A stretch of DNA of 64,000 nt from Anaerohalosphaeraceae bacterium (GTDB lineage: Bacteria > Planctomycetota > Phycisphaerae > Sedimentisphaerales > Anaerohalosphaeraceae), in contig CAXXSL010000011.1 of the NCBI GenBank assembly GCA_963675525.2, positions 609,635-673,634 on the forward strand, written 5' to 3'. The translations under genes and the position numbers were made by a program. The number at the start of each line of letters is the position of its first letter. The first letter of the stretch is position 1. A model generated the notes under the pieces. That model ran no database searches. It was not told the origin of the DNA and saw nothing but the letters and a program-made list of their open reading frames with translations. Positions 19,052-30,134 of the stretch are shown piece after piece.

Positions 19052-19246
19052 ATGATTAAAGTTAAGTCACGTGCAGGTGAAAGCATTCAGCAAATGGTCA
19101 AGCGTTTTAAAAAGATGTGCGAAAAAGAAGGTCTGATTCGCGACATCAAACGCAACAGCTATTTCGAGAAACCGTCTGAGAAGAACCGCCGGAAACGCAA
19201 GAAATCGCAACGGATGGCTCGTATCACCAGCACAAACCGTATCTAA
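19052..19246 (+). CDS. rpsU: 30S ribosomal protein bS21
   Basis: ESIQQMVKRFKKMCEKEG..YFEKPSEK. Confidence 0.95.
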   Translation: MIKVKSRAGESIQQMVKRFKKMCEKEGLIRDIKRNSYFEKPSEKNRRKRKKSQRMARITSTNRI

Positions 19247-19275
19247 CCGTTCCTTTTGAATAAATAACTATTCGA

Positions 19276-19315
19276 ATCCGGGCATGTGTTCAGACAACCT
19301 TGTCCGGGTTTTTTT
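19276..19315 (+). terminator. Rho-independent terminator after rpsU
   Basis: ATCCGGGCA..TGTCCGGGT stem followed by a T-run. Confidence 0.75.
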
Positions 19316-19401
19316 GCGCGCAGAGGAATAAATTCGCCGGATTTCCAGCGAGAAAAGATTCAAAAAACGCCTCGCTGCTGTTATCCTGTCTAACTTGAAC
19401 C

Positions 19402-21450
19402 ATGGAAACATTTAGAATCCACAGTCCGTTCCAGCCGCAAGGCGACCAGCCAAAAGCCATAGAGGCACTGGCCGAAGGTATCCGGCAGCGACAACGGTTT
19501 CAGACCCTGCTCGGCGTGACCGGCAGCGGTAAAACCTTTACCATGGCCAATGTGATCGAGCGCAGCAATAAGCCGGCGCTTGTCATTTCACACAATAAAA
19601 CACTCGCCGCACAACTCTACGAGGAGTTCAAGGAGCTGTTTCCGGACAATGCAGTCGAATACTTTGTCAGCTATTACGATTATTACCAGCCTGAGGCCTA
19701 TATTCCGCAGCGGGATATTTATATCGAAAAAGATGCATCCCGTAATGATGAACTGGATCGGCTGCGGTTATCCACGACAACCAGTTTGACCAGCCGCAGC
19801 GATACGATCATTGTTGCCAGCGTTTCCTGTATCTTCGGGCTGGGCAGCCCGGAGGATTATCAGGCCAGTGTTATCGCTATTCGCGTGGGCGACACGGTCG
19901 AACGCAATGAACTTTTGGGACGTTTGGCGGATCTGCAGTACGAACGAAATGATATCGATTTTTCACGCGGTAAATTCCGGGTACGCGGAGACGTCGTTGA
20001 GCTGTGGCCATCGTATGAATCGTTTGCAGTGCGTTTCGAATTCTTCGGTGACGAGATCGAGGCGATCAAATATGTTCATCCCGTGAGCATGGATACCCTG
20101 GCTGATGAGGAGGAGGTTTTCATCTATCCGGCCAAGCACTATATTCTGCCGGCCGAGCGTATCGAATCGGCCTGTGCCGGGATCAAGGCGGAGCTGGATG
20201 AGCGGTTGCTGCAGTTACGTCATGAAGGAAAACTGCTGGAGGCCCAGCGTCTGGAGGCGAGGACGATGTACGACCTGGAGATGATCCAGGAAGTCGGTTA
20301 CTGCAGCGGCATCGAAAATTATGCCCGGCACATGGCCGGCCTGAAACCCGGCTCGAGGCCCTATACATTGATTGATTACTTTCCCGAGGACTTCCTGCTG
20401 TTTATCGATGAGTCGCATGTCACCATTCCGCAGCTTCGGGCGATGTGGGCCGGAGACCGAAGCCGAAAGCAGGTTCTGGTCGATCATGGCTTCCGTCTGC
20501 CCAGTGCAATGGATAACCGTCCCCTTCGGTTTGAAGAGTTTCATGAACGATGGAAGCAGGTTGTCTTTGTTTCGGCTACACCGGCGCCGTACGAACTGGA
20601 ACTATGCGGCGGCGAGGTTGTTGAGCAGATCATTCGCCCAACAGGACTGGTGGACCCGGAAATCTTTGTGCATCCGGCATCGGACCAGATCCATCATCTG
20701 ACCGCCCAGATCAACGAGCGAACAGCCGCCGGCGAACGTGTGCTGGTAACAACATTGACCAAGCGTCTCGCCGAAGACCTGTCTGGCTTTTTGTCCGCCA
20801 AAGGCATTCGATGCCGTTACCTGCACAGCGAAATCCAGACCCTGGAACGGATCGATATCCTGCGCCAGTTACGACAGGGCGACTTTGATGTTCTGGTCGG
20901 TATCAATTTGCTGCGCGAGGGACTGGATCTGCCCGAAGTTTCGCTGGTGGCCATCCTGGATGCGGACAAAGAAGGATTTTTGAGGAGCGAAACATCATTG
21001 GTACAAACTATCGGGCGAACGGCCAGAAATGTTAACGCCAAAGTCCTGCTGTACGCTGATAAGATCACGGAATCTATGAAAAAGGCCATTGACGAAACAG
21101 ATCGAAGGCGTACAATTCAGTTGGCTTATAATGAGCAGCACGGGATTACGCCGGAGACGATTCGCAAGGAGATCAAGCACGGGCTGTCTGATAAGTTTCG
21201 AGCGAGAAAAACCGCCCAGGATGCCGTTCATTTGTCGGAAACTGAATATGACCGGACCGAATTGCTGGCGGAACTTGAAAAAGAAATGCTGGCGGCCGCC
21301 GAGTTGCTTGAATTTGAAAAAGCCGCAAAACTGCGGGATCAGATACAGGAGATAAAGAACATGCCCGATATCGACACGCGCCCGGGCAACGTTCGACCGC
21401 CCTCGGCGGAAAGCAAATCCATACAAAAAATGAAAGGCCGTCGACGATGA
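19402..21450 (+). CDS. uvrB: Excinuclease ABC subunit B
   Basis: [43 protein letters not shown]-terminal UVR domain. Confidence 0.99.
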   Translation: METFRIHSPFQPQGDQPKAIEALAEGIRQRQRFQTLLGVTGSGKTFTMANVIERSNKPALVISHNKTLAAQLYEEFKELFPDNAVEYFVSYYDYYQPEAYIPQRDIYIEKDASRNDELDRLRLSTTTSLTSRSDTIIVASVSCIFGLGSPEDYQASVIAIRVGDTVERNELLGRLADLQYERNDIDFSRGKFRVRGDVVELWPSYESFAVRFEFFGDEIEAIKYVHPVSMDTLADEEEVFIYPAKHYILPAERIESACAGIKAELDERLLQLRHEGKLLEAQRLEARTMYDLEMIQEVGYCSGIENYARHMAGLKPGSRPYTLIDYFPEDFLLFIDESHVTIPQLRAMWAGDRSRKQVLVDHGFRLPSAMDNRPLRFEEFHERWKQVVFVSATPAPYELELCGGEVVEQIIRPTGLVDPEIFVHPASDQIHHLTAQINERTAAGERVLVTTLTKRLAEDLSGFLSAKGIRCRYLHSEIQTLERIDILRQLRQGDFDVLVGINLLREGLDLPEVSLVAILDADKEGFLRSETSLVQTIGRTARNVNAKVLLYADKITESMKKAIDETDRRRTIQLAYNEQHGITPETIRKEIKHGLSDKFRARKTAQDAVHLSETEYDRTELLAELEKEMLAAAELLEFEKAAKLRDQIQEIKNMPDIDTRPGNVRPPSAESKSIQKMKGRRR

Positions 21451-22394
21451 GCATTATTGTTACCAGAAGCAGCCATGAACGTATTGCGCGTAAGAATTTA
21501 AAAAAATTGGACCTATCGAAAATACAAACGCTGATCGATGTTGCCGTTGATGAGGATTTTGGTGACGGAGACCCAACGAGTGAGATTACCGTCTGCGAAA
21601 ACGAACGTGCCAAGGCATATCTGGTCAGCCGGGAAGAAATCGTTGTCAGCGGTATGGAACTTGCCGGAGAGATTTTAAAACGGTATGATAGCCGGTTGAA
21701 ACTGAAGGTGCTGGTCCAGGACGGACATCGCGCCAGCGTTGCTGACAAACTGGGCGTTATCGAGGGACCGCTTCGGTCGATGCTCAGTGCTGAGCGTGTA
21801 GTCCTGAACTTTTTGCAGCGTCTATGCGGCATCAGCACCATGACATGGAAATTCGTCAGTGCCGTCCGCGGCACGAAAGCCAAAATCTACGACACGCGAA
21901 AAACAATGCCGGGCTGGCGGGAATTGGAAAAGTATGCTGTTCGCTGCGGCGGCGGGTTTAACCACCGTATGAATCTGGGCGATGCGGTGATGTTTAAGGA
22001 TAACCACATCGCAGAATTGGGGCGAAACTTTAAGCCAAGGCTGACTAAAATGATTCGGCAGGCCCACGCGAAAAAAGGTGTCAAGTTTGTTGTCGTTGAA
22101 GTCGACCACGTCGACGCCCAGCTTGACCGCGTGATAACGATTCCCGGCGTGGATGTGGTTTTGCTGGACAACATGGGTCAGTGGCAGCTCAAGCACGCCG
22201 TGGAACTTCGAGACAAAATTGGCAAAAAACCCCTACTTGAAGCCAGCGGCGGCATTACGTTGAACAATGTGCTGACCGTGGCAAGCTGCGGCATAGACCG
22301 CATCTCGATCGGGGCGATTACGCACTCGGCGATCGCTGTCGATATCGCGTTGGATCGCTACGATACAGTCGGCCACTACGATGCAATCATATAG
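21447..22394 (+). CDS. nadC: Nicotinate-nucleotide diphosphorylase (carboxylating)
   Basis: [40 protein letters not shown]. Confidence 0.97.
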   Translation: MSIIVTRSSHERIARKNLKKLDLSKIQTLIDVAVDEDFGDGDPTSEITVCENERAKAYLVSREEIVVSGMELAGEILKRYDSRLKLKVLVQDGHRASVADKLGVIEGPLRSMLSAERVVLNFLQRLCGISTMTWKFVSAVRGTKAKIYDTRKTMPGWRELEKYAVRCGGGFNHRMNLGDAVMFKDNHIAELGRNFKPRLTKMIRQAHAKKGVKFVVVEVDHVDAQLDRVITIPGVDVVLLDNMGQWQLKHAVELRDKIGKKPLLEASGGITLNNVLTVASCGIDRISIGAITHSAIAVDIALDRYDTVGHYDAII

Positions 22395-23217
22395 CGACAG
22401 GCCCATGAACACTCCACTGGATGTTGATCATATTGAAGCCGCAAGAGCCAACGCTTTAATTGGCCGCAAAGTTGTTCTGTTCAAATCCACTGCTTCGACA
22501 AACGATATTGCTTGGGAATACGCCGGCAATCCGGTTTATCATGGCTTGTGCATACTGGCCGAATCACAACACAAAGGACGCGGGCGGCGAGGTCGAACGT
22601 GGTTCAGCAACGCCGGAGAAAGCATTCTGGCCTCGATCCTTTTACGGAGTCAAACAATCGAAGCAGAGTTATTGACATTAACGGCTGCAGTAGCCGTCGC
22701 CGAAGCGGTTGAATCGTTCTGTCAACTGCCCTGCCGGATCAAATGGCCCAATGATATTCTGATGAACGGCAAAAAGCTGGCGGGAATTCTTGTCGAGAAA
22801 AAAACGGTTCAAAAACGATATCATTTTGTCGTGGGTATCGGCATCAACTGCCATCAATCCGCCGTGTTCTTTAATGAACAAAAGCTGACTATGCCGGCGA
22901 CCAGCCTGTCGATTGAAACAGGCACATGCATTGACCGCAACGAACTGATCTGTCAGGTCATGGAAAAGTTTGAACAGTGGATTCAAAAAGCACAGACCGT
23001 CGGATCCGATAACCGCCCTGCGAATAACCCCATTGTGCTGCGATGGCAACAGTTAAGCGACCTTCTGGGACACCATGTGACCGTCGAGTCTGACAATCGG
23101 AAATACAGCGGCTTTTGCCGGGGGATCGACCCGGCTGAAGGCTTGATCGTTCAACTCGATTCGGGACCCGTCAAAATCTTTCATGCCAATCACACCAGCA
23201 TACTGAAAACAGAATGA
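22381..23217 (+). CDS. birA: Biotin--protein ligase lacking an HTH domain (start may be 22405)
   Basis: STND, QHKGRGRRGRTW, IKWPNDI, KLAGIL, GIGIN. Confidence 0.95.
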   Translation: MQSYSDRPMNTPLDVDHIEAARANALIGRKVVLFKSTASTNDIAWEYAGNPVYHGLCILAESQHKGRGRRGRTWFSNAGESILASILLRSQTIEAELLTLTAAVAVAEAVESFCQLPCRIKWPNDILMNGKKLAGILVEKKTVQKRYHFVVGIGINCHQSAVFFNEQKLTMPATSLSIETGTCIDRNELICQVMEKFEQWIQKAQTVGSDNRPANNPIVLRWQQLSDLLGHHVTVESDNRKYSGFCRGIDPAEGLIVQLDSGPVKIFHANHTSILKTE

Positions 23218-23296
23218 TACCTGTTTTTCTCAATTGACAATTGAGTGGATATACACAAAAAGAGAACCGGATTCACGTCTCAAAGAATGGTTAGAT

Positions 23297-23330
23297 AAAA
23301 AAAGCCGACAGGCAACGCAACCTGTCGGCT
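23297..23330 (-). terminator. Rho-independent terminator (minus strand, after the PilZ gene)
   Basis: AGCCGACAGG-loop-CCTGTCGGCT with an A-run on the left. Confidence 0.75.
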
Positions 23331-23338
23331 AATTATAT

Positions 23339-23373
23339 AAAAACCCACTTTTAAAAAGAGAGTGGGGTTTTTT
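23339..23373. terminator. Bidirectional terminator between birA and the PilZ gene
   Basis: A-run, CCCACT..AGTGGG stem, T-run. Confidence 0.6.
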
Positions 23374-23396
23374 CATATTTTACCTGTTCGGCCTTC

Positions 23397-23756
23397 TTAA
23401 TAGGAAAACTCAACAGCAATCCCAATCGATCCGGCCTGAAGCATTTGCTTCCGATCGACACGCACCACTTTAGCGTTCTTGATACGGGCATATTGGCCCT
23501 TTTGTTTTGCCAACGACATCGTACGCGGAAAATTCACCTCGATTTCATGTCCCGGCCGAACCGGAGTCGTCATGGGTACGCTGATATAAGCGCCACCCTT
23601 GCTGACATTGACACTTTTTCCGTTAAAAAACCGGTTCGCCTCCGGAAGCCAAATACTCACGGGCCAGGAAAGATCGGAACGTATTTCTTTCCGCTGTTCA
23701 ACTGTCGTGCTCTCCATATTTCCATTCTCCATAAATTTAGTAAATTTCAATGCCAT
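23397..23756 (-). CDS. PilZ-domain protein (start may be 23717)
   Basis: EQRKEIR (RxxxR) and NVSKGG (D/NxSxxG) c-di-GMP motifs. Confidence 0.88.
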   Translation of the reverse strand: MALKFTKFMENGNMESTTVEQRKEIRSDLSWPVSIWLPEANRFFNGKSVNVSKGGAYISVPMTTPVRPGHEIEVNFPRTMSLAKQKGQYARIKNAKVVRVDRKQMLQAGSIGIAVEFSY

Positions 23757-23948
23757 GATATCGTATCGGCCATGTTAAAATGGATAATTCAGGAAATATA
23801 GGAAGTTTTGATTTTTTTTTTGAAAAAAATTTTCGGTGAAAAATGTATTCGAGAAATTGATGTGTTATTATCGGACAAATGAATGAAAGGATGTATTTAT
23901 TCGGTAAAGACTGCAAGGTCCAATAATAAAAAATCCTTTTTGGCCCCG

Positions 23949-25085
23949 TTATGTTTTCATGGAATCAATTTCGATCCATGCAATGGGGAAGAAAATAAAA
24001 ATCGGAATCCATGTCCACAAAGCAGGTCTGATCTGGCCGAAAACCACTTCGGTAGCAAACAATTTGCACGCAAAAACAACGATAAAACAGCTTGCTGTCG
24101 TCAGAAAACTGATCGCAATCGCGGTTTTCATGGCTTTGGGGTCGCGGCAAACAAGTACCGGCAGCGCCACCATCAGCATAATGAGATTCACCAGTGGGTC
24201 AGTAATGCGACTGTGTTTTTGCAGGGCCAAATCCGCCAGGTCCGTCTTGCGGGCACCGGGATTACGTTCCAATTCGGTCAATTGACGTAAACTCAGCAAT
24301 GCCTTGAATCCCTCCCGCCTGCGAATAGGAATTTCGTATGCGGTCAGATTACTTTCATAAAATGTGATACTTGTCGGCCGGTAATCCGGCGAGATCTCCA
24401 GACTTTCGCGGGGCAAACGAATCAATTGGCCCGCAACTAATCGCCAGCCGCCGTTCTCTTTATCATAAACAGCCTGAGATGCCTGTATTTTCCCCGTTAC
24501 GCGGTAGATATTTTCGCGGCCTTCGATCTTTTCACGTAAAATGATCAGCGGATCATAAAAGGTCTGTGTCGCCTCATCATATCGGGAACTGCAAATGAGA
24601 CTGCCTTTGTCATCTCCGACAAACCAGATATCATAATAGCTTTCCTTTGTAAGATCGTCATGCTTACGTGTCAATTCGTGCGACAGGCGGGGAATCATAA
24701 GTTCCTGATCTAAAATCATGACGCCTGACAGCAATAGTGACAATAAAAGGATAGGTGCCAGTATCCGCTTCAGACTCATCCCCGAGGCCATCACCGCAAC
24801 CAGCTCATTATTTCGCGTCATGCGTGCCAGTGAAAAAACCGCCGCGATCACCATGACCATTCCGGCAAGGTCCCTATACCACAGACAACCATGAACGGCA
24901 TAATAGCGAATAACAATCATCAGCACGGAGGGAACGGAGAAACCCTGCTCCAGATATTCAGAAAACTCATCCAGATTTAGAAACAGATCGATCGTAATGA
25001 ACAGGCCGATCATGACAAATAAGGCGATGAAGTAGCCGTATAAAAAGTTTTTTGCAATGTATCGATCTATAATTCTCATCGTCAT
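23949..25085 (-). CDS. lptG: LptF/LptG family permease (LptG-like)
   Basis: MRIIDRYI, RNNELVAVMASGMSLKR; 3+3 TM layout. Confidence 0.85.
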   Translation of the reverse strand: MTMRIIDRYIAKNFLYGYFIALFVMIGLFITIDLFLNLDEFSEYLEQGFSVPSVLMIVIRYYAVHGCLWYRDLAGMVMVIAAVFSLARMTRNNELVAVMASGMSLKRILAPILLLSLLLSGVMILDQELMIPRLSHELTRKHDDLTKESYYDIWFVGDDKGSLICSSRYDEATQTFYDPLIILREKIEGRENIYRVTGKIQASQAVYDKENGGWRLVAGQLIRLPRESLEISPDYRPTSITFYESNLTAYEIPIRRREGFKALLSLRQLTELERNPGARKTDLADLALQKHSRITDPLVNLIMLMVALPVLVCRDPKAMKTAIAISFLTTASCFIVVFACKLFATEVVFGQIRPALWTWIPIFIFFPIAWIEIDSMKT

Positions 25086-25098
25086 CCGTACCCAAACG

Positions 25099-26706
25099 TT
25101 ATGTTCTCAACAACTTACGATAGACCCATAGTGTCAAGAGAACCAAAACAACCAGCCCGACCCACATCACCGTCACACCGGTCATCGCATTTGTAGCGGA
25201 ATTGGTCGTCAAGGCCTTACCGGACAAAATAAACGTCACCAAAACGCCGCCCGGCACGGCACTGGCTCCGAACGCACTAAGTATGTGACCGCCACGGAAC
25301 TGAATTCCCAGCGCAATCCCCGTCAGGATCAATGCAATGCAGCCCAGTCCCAGAACCAGGCGGGAATGAATCTCCGCATAAATCTCATTATCCACTTTTT
25401 CAATTTCAATCGGCCACGCATGACACAGCAAACTCAATTGCCCCCGGGGGGCATCTTCAACACGGACCGTTCCGTTCCGATATCCGCGATTGTTTCGTCA
25501 AAATGATCCAACTTTAATGACGCCGCTATTGTCGACGGAACCTTGATATTGTTGGCATATTTTTGAATATCAATCCTTCTGATCTGACCGGGACGCTCCC
25601 AGCTTGCGTTATCCAGTGTCAGTTCATATTTTATATTTCATTTTTCTCGTCTTCGATCTTCATGTAACCCACGGAACAATCATATCGAACCGTCAAGGCA
25701 TTTCGCACCTTATCAACCTGCAGTAAAACGATCGGCTCCTTAAAATCCAGACGGTTAGCTTTTTTCGGATTAACGCTGCATCCGCCCACACTGAGCAAAT
25801 AAAGGCGTGAATTGTCGGCATCCTGTAATTCATAATATTCGCTGCTGAGACTCATTTGGCGATTGATATCCTGGGCCAGCAGTTCAATGGCAAGCTGGTT
25901 TCGTATTTTCATTGCCAATTCTCGAACGGGGAAGTAGCTCATTTTGTCGGCCTGAATTTGTTTCAACTGCTCGATCTTCTGAAACTTGATATCGTCTGAA
26001 AGCAGCGGCGGGAATTGTTCCGTAAAGGTCGTATTGCCCAGATATACAAACGAATCTTCATTAAAACGCCATGCATTCTGCAGCGTTATCGTTGCTTCAT
26101 TATAGGTGCTGTGGGTATCGATCCGGACCCTGGCTCGCTCTGTTGTAAAGAGACGGGAGCCTAAGTTCTTCGAACCGCCTACCACCATAACCCCTTCCAG
26201 AAGATTTGTTTCAGGGATCGCCTGATCCGCATAGATCTGGTATTGACTTTTCGGAATGGCATAATAGCCTTTTTTCTGAATATTCCGAAAAAGGATCTGT
26301 TCGGCGTTGGCCTTGACGCTTTTTTCACTGCGGTGTACGAACGCCGGAGCAACGTAAAAACTCAAAATAAGGTTCGCCACCGCCACCAGAATCGCCAGTG
26401 TCAGGCCGGGATAGATCAGCGACCACATACTGACACCGCTGGCCCGGCAGGCATCCAGTTCACGATCCGCCGAAAACCGGCCATAGATCAGGCTGGATGC
26501 GAACAAGGCACTGATCGGCAAAACAAAGGTCAGGGTGATCGGCAGAAAATAGCCCAGCAGATGAATGATCTGCCGGGACTGACACCGTAATCCTGAATGA
26601 TCGGCACAAGCAGGCCGAGACTGAGCATCAGCGTCAACGCCACTGTCGTCAGCGCAAAGGCACGAAATAATTCGCGAAAAATATATCGGTGAAGCGTAAA
26701 TATCAT
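25099..26706 (-). CDS. lptF: LptF-like permease, split by at least three apparent frameshifts
   Basis: MIFTLHRYIFREL..GVSPG joins QIIHLLGYFLPITLTFVLPISALFASSLIYGRFSADRELDACRASG at ~26572; further shifts near 25635 and 25445. Confidence 0.8.
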
Positions 26707-26740
26707 TCTTTTTCCGATTCCTGAAAACACCAACAAAACA

Positions 26741-26782
26741 CGCCCCTACGCATTGTCATTCCCGCGAAGGCGCCGATTCCAG
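26741..26782. repeat. REP-like remnants (CGCCCCTAC and GTCATTCCCGCGAAGGCG)
   Basis: Direct reading; same GTCAT family as other copies in the window. Confidence 0.6.
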
Positions 26783-26898
26783 AGGCTTTAATCAGGTTTT
26801 GTTAGAAGTCCTTAATAAATCAAACGACCGTATTGTGACAGAAAACACAGGATTTTACAACAGGAAATTCGCCGCTTTTGGAGATCGGGAAATGCAGA

Positions 26899-27674
26899 TT
26901 ATGAGCCTGATTTGAATACATCCTCAGGAATGTCAAACTGGTCTTTGAGTTTTTCCAGATCAGCAACTGACTGCGGCAGGCCGGGGTCGCCGCTGCCGCG
27001 GCTGCGAAGGAGACGATAAATGTCACCGGAAAGACGATCCTTCAGGGACTCGGTCGCTTTGGCGTGACTTTTTTTCCAATCCGATTCCACAACCGCATCG
27101 CCGTTGATCGGACCTTTGTCGTATTTCGGAAAAATAATCGCCGCATACGGGCACACCCTCGCGCAGGCAGGACAATTGGTTTTGCATTGCCTGGGCTGCG
27201 TCACCTGAACCGTTCCATCTTCTGTTTGTGAATAAACGCCAAACAGGCAAAAGTTCAGGCACTGCCGGCAGTTTTTGCACCGATCATAATCAATGACCGA
27301 AACCACGGCATCCAATCCGGATCGGACGCCTCAATCCTTTGCGGCGTTCTTTCACAATGATGATCCAGGCGCAGCGCCGCGAGAATTTCCTCCGGCGGCT
27401 GTTTTCGCAGATTATAGATTTTTGCCGAAGCAGGCAGTTCCGCTTTCGCATGGGTAAACAACGCCTTGACCGCACGCGGGAAACAGGCCAGCACAACAAG
27501 ATCGTCCTGCCGGGCCCACTGAGCAAGCCTGTCATCCTGCTTAGCCGCCGGCGCACAGAGGTCATCCACACAGATAACATCCTGAGAAGATTTTTTCAAT
27601 CCCTCATGCACTGAATGCAAAACATGTTTCGGAATAAGTGCGGCATTTTGACAGTGGCAAAAAACAATGCTCAT
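26899..27674 (-). CDS. Ferredoxin with HdrA-N-terminal-like domain; single frameshift at ~27299
   Basis: ORFs 27255-27674 and 26899-27315 join as WMPWF(P)VIDYDRCKNCRQCLNFC..CKTNCPACARVCP. Confidence 0.85.
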
Positions 27675-27682
27675 CGGCTCGC

Positions 27683-30103
27683 TTACCCTTCAATATCAAA
27701 CGCCATCAGCACCTCACCATGGCGGACATATAGACGTTTTCCGCAAACCACCGGATGGGCCCAATGTTCGCTGCTGCCATCGGTGATCTGAAAAGAACTG
27801 GCGACTTCGAATCCTTTAGGGGCCGGTTTGACCAACGCGACATGGCCATTACCCTCTTCATAACAGTAAAGCATGCCGTCGGAAAAAGTAACGCTGCCTT
27901 TAGTCTCCCAGGATTCGTTATAGTGTGTCGTGCCGGTTTTCCAATCGACACACATCCAGTTGCCCTTTTTGTTGCTTTCCCAGTTCGAGCCGTAAATATA
28001 TCCATCCACGACAACGAAACTGCCATGATGGACATCCAACTCCGGATTTGTCCAGACTTTATCGACGCTTGTTCCATCCGGCGAAAGCCTCAACTGAATA
28101 GACCCCATGTCATACCCACTGGTGAAAAAAAAGAATCCATCTTTGAAATACGGTGTATTGGGATGGGTCCCGCGAATTCTTCCGCTAATATAATTTTTTG
28201 CCGCATACATCCACAAAACGGAGCCGTCTTCGGCATTGATGCCAAAGAGATTCTTGTCGCTCATGCCGACAATGGCCGTTTTGCCGGCCCATTCATAGAC
28301 CGTCGGCGAACAATAGGCACTTTTGTCGCCGTTGCCGGGGGTCTTCCACACAACACTGCCGTCTTTAGTGCTCAACGCAACAACCATGACATTGGAACCG
28401 CCGACGACCGAAATAACCTTATCATCAATCACCAATGGAGACTGCCCGCCGCCCCAGTTGCCATGCTTACCTTCAAAGTCCGTCACGGGATCAGCCTGCC
28501 AAATCTGCTGTCCTGTTTGTGAGTTGAAACAGATAACCTTTCCATGGCCGCTAATAACGTAGACCTGCCCATTCTGTACGGTCGGCGTAGAGCGAGCACC
28601 CGGAAACGAAGCGGACCATTCCTCGCCGTAGCTTTGTTTCCACAGCAGTTTACCGTCACTATCCAAACAGAACAGGAAGCCTTCTTTTTCGATCATCCCG
28701 GTTGCATAGATCTTTCCGTCGGCAATTGAAACTGTCGAATACCCCTTTCCCAGTCCATCCGCTTTCCAGAGCCTCAGAGGGCCTTCGGCCGGCCACTGTT
28801 TGGCCAAACCGGTCTCGGCACTGATGTTATCCCGCCGGGGGCCTTTCCATTGCGGCCAATCGGTTTTCCCGGTGGGCAAAACGGCGGGGGTAACGACCGG
28901 AGGCTTCTTACTCTGCACATCCACACAGACAAGTCTGTCTTGTTTATTCTTGACTGTATTACGAACATAAATGCGTCCATTCGCCAAAACAGGCATGGAC
29001 CAGCAGCGTCCGCCGGACAAAACATCCGCCGATGCAATTTCCTGATAGGCTTCAGGCGTTGCCTGAACGACCAGAAGCGTGCCGGATTCGCTGATGACGA
29101 CCAATTTATCACCCGCCGCAGACAGCGACCCTTTTTGGGGTTTTTTCTCAGCCCATTTCTGCTCGCCGGTCTGCCAATCCAGACAAGCCAACTGGTTGTC
29201 ATCAAATCCATAGAGATAGCCCTTTATCAGAACCGGGCCGCTCATTTGAGACCGCATGTTTTTATTCTCCCAGAGTTTCACCGGCTGGCCCGAAGCCATA
29301 TCAATCATCGCTGCACCATGCCCATATCCGGACGTAATGAAAACCTTTTGCTCAAAAATAATCGGATCCGACGCATTGACATCGTGCTGCGTCTTCCAGG
29401 GATAGGACCAGCGCAGTTCGCCCGTTGCGGCATCAACGCCCATGACCGAATCTTGTCCGAAGATGGCTACCTCCATTGTATCACCGCTTTTATATGGAAC
29501 AGGTGTGGCATAACCGGGTTTTCCGTTATCGCTTTTCCAGATAATATCCCCCGTCAGTTTATTCAGCGCCAAACCGGATTCGCCCGCATTAAAAATAACT
29601 TTCTCGTCCAGCACCAATGCGGACGTTGAAATTCCCCATGTGGGTTCCTCGTAGGGCAAATCTTTTCTCCAGACAACCTCGCCTGATTGTGCATCCAGGC
29701 AGAAAACTTTGCCGGTCTTGCTGATAGTATAGACCTTGTCATCGCTGACTGTCGGGGTCGCACTGCAGCCGCCTTCATAATATTTGGGATTCAGATCTTC
29801 GGTATATTCATGACGCCAGATTTCCTTACCGGTTACCGCATCGAAACAGTAAACAACATCCGTATTCTTATTAATATTACCCATCGTATAGACCTTGCCG
29901 TCCACGACAGAGATCGAAGAAAAGCCCGTCCCCACCTCAGTGGTCCAAAGAACCTTCTTCTCATTGAGGGCTTGAGGATCCCAATCGGTTTCCGTACTGA
30001 TGCCGTCATAATCAGGGCCGCGCCAATGGGGCCAATCCGCCGCCGAGGAAATTGACGTAAACAGGCATACACCCAGAATGATAACGATATTCTTAACTCT
30101 CAT
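27683..30103 (-). CDS. Secreted protein with two PQQ-like beta-propeller domains
   Basis: ATG 30103 with AGGAG RBS; signal peptide; DWPHWRGP and DWPQWKGP begin two propellers. Confidence 0.9.
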   Translation of the reverse strand: MRVKNIVIILGVCLFTSISSAADWPHWRGPDYDGISTETDWDPQALNEKKVLWTTEVGTGFSSISVVDGKVYTMGNINKNTDVVYCFDAVTGKEIWRHEYTEDLNPKYYEGGCSATPTVSDDKVYTISKTGKVFCLDAQSGEVVWRKDLPYEEPTWGISTSALVLDEKVIFNAGESGLALNKLTGDIIWKSDNGKPGYATPVPYKSGDTMEVAIFGQDSVMGVDAATGELRWSYPWKTQHDVNASDPIIFEQKVFITSGYGHGAAMIDMASGQPVKLWENKNMRSQMSGPVLIKGYLYGFDDNQLACLDWQTGEQKWAEKKPQKGSLSAAGDKLVVISESGTLLVVQATPEAYQEIASADVLSGGRCWSMPVLANGRIYVRNTVKNKQDRLVCVDVQSKKPPVVTPAVLPTGKTDWPQWKGPRRDNISAETGLAKQWPAEGPLRLWKADGLGKGYSTVSIADGKIYATGMIEKEGFLFCLDSDGKLLWKQSYGEEWSASFPGARSTPTVQNGQVYVISGHGKVICFNSQTGQQIWQADPVTDFEGKHGNWGGGQSPLVIDDKVISVVGGSNVMVVALSTKDGSVVWKTPGNGDKSAYCSPTVYEWAGKTAIVGMSDKNLFGINAEDGSVLWMYAAKNYISGRIRGTHPNTPYFKDGFFFFTSGYDMGSIQLRLSPDGTSVDKVWTNPELDVHHGSFVVVDGYIYGSNWESNKKGNWMCVDWKTGTTHYNESWETKGSVTFSDGMLYCYEEGNGHVALVKPAPKGFEVASSFQITDGSSEHWAHPVVCGKRLYVRHGEVLMAFDIEG

Positions 30104-30134
30104 AACTTTCTCCTGCTGAAATGTTCTATTGATT

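Noticed and set aside
23760..23795. Sigma28 promoter (GCCGATA) upstream of the PilZ gene and similar sites
   Set aside because: The -10-like motif is present, but there is no TAAA -35 element at the expected spacing.
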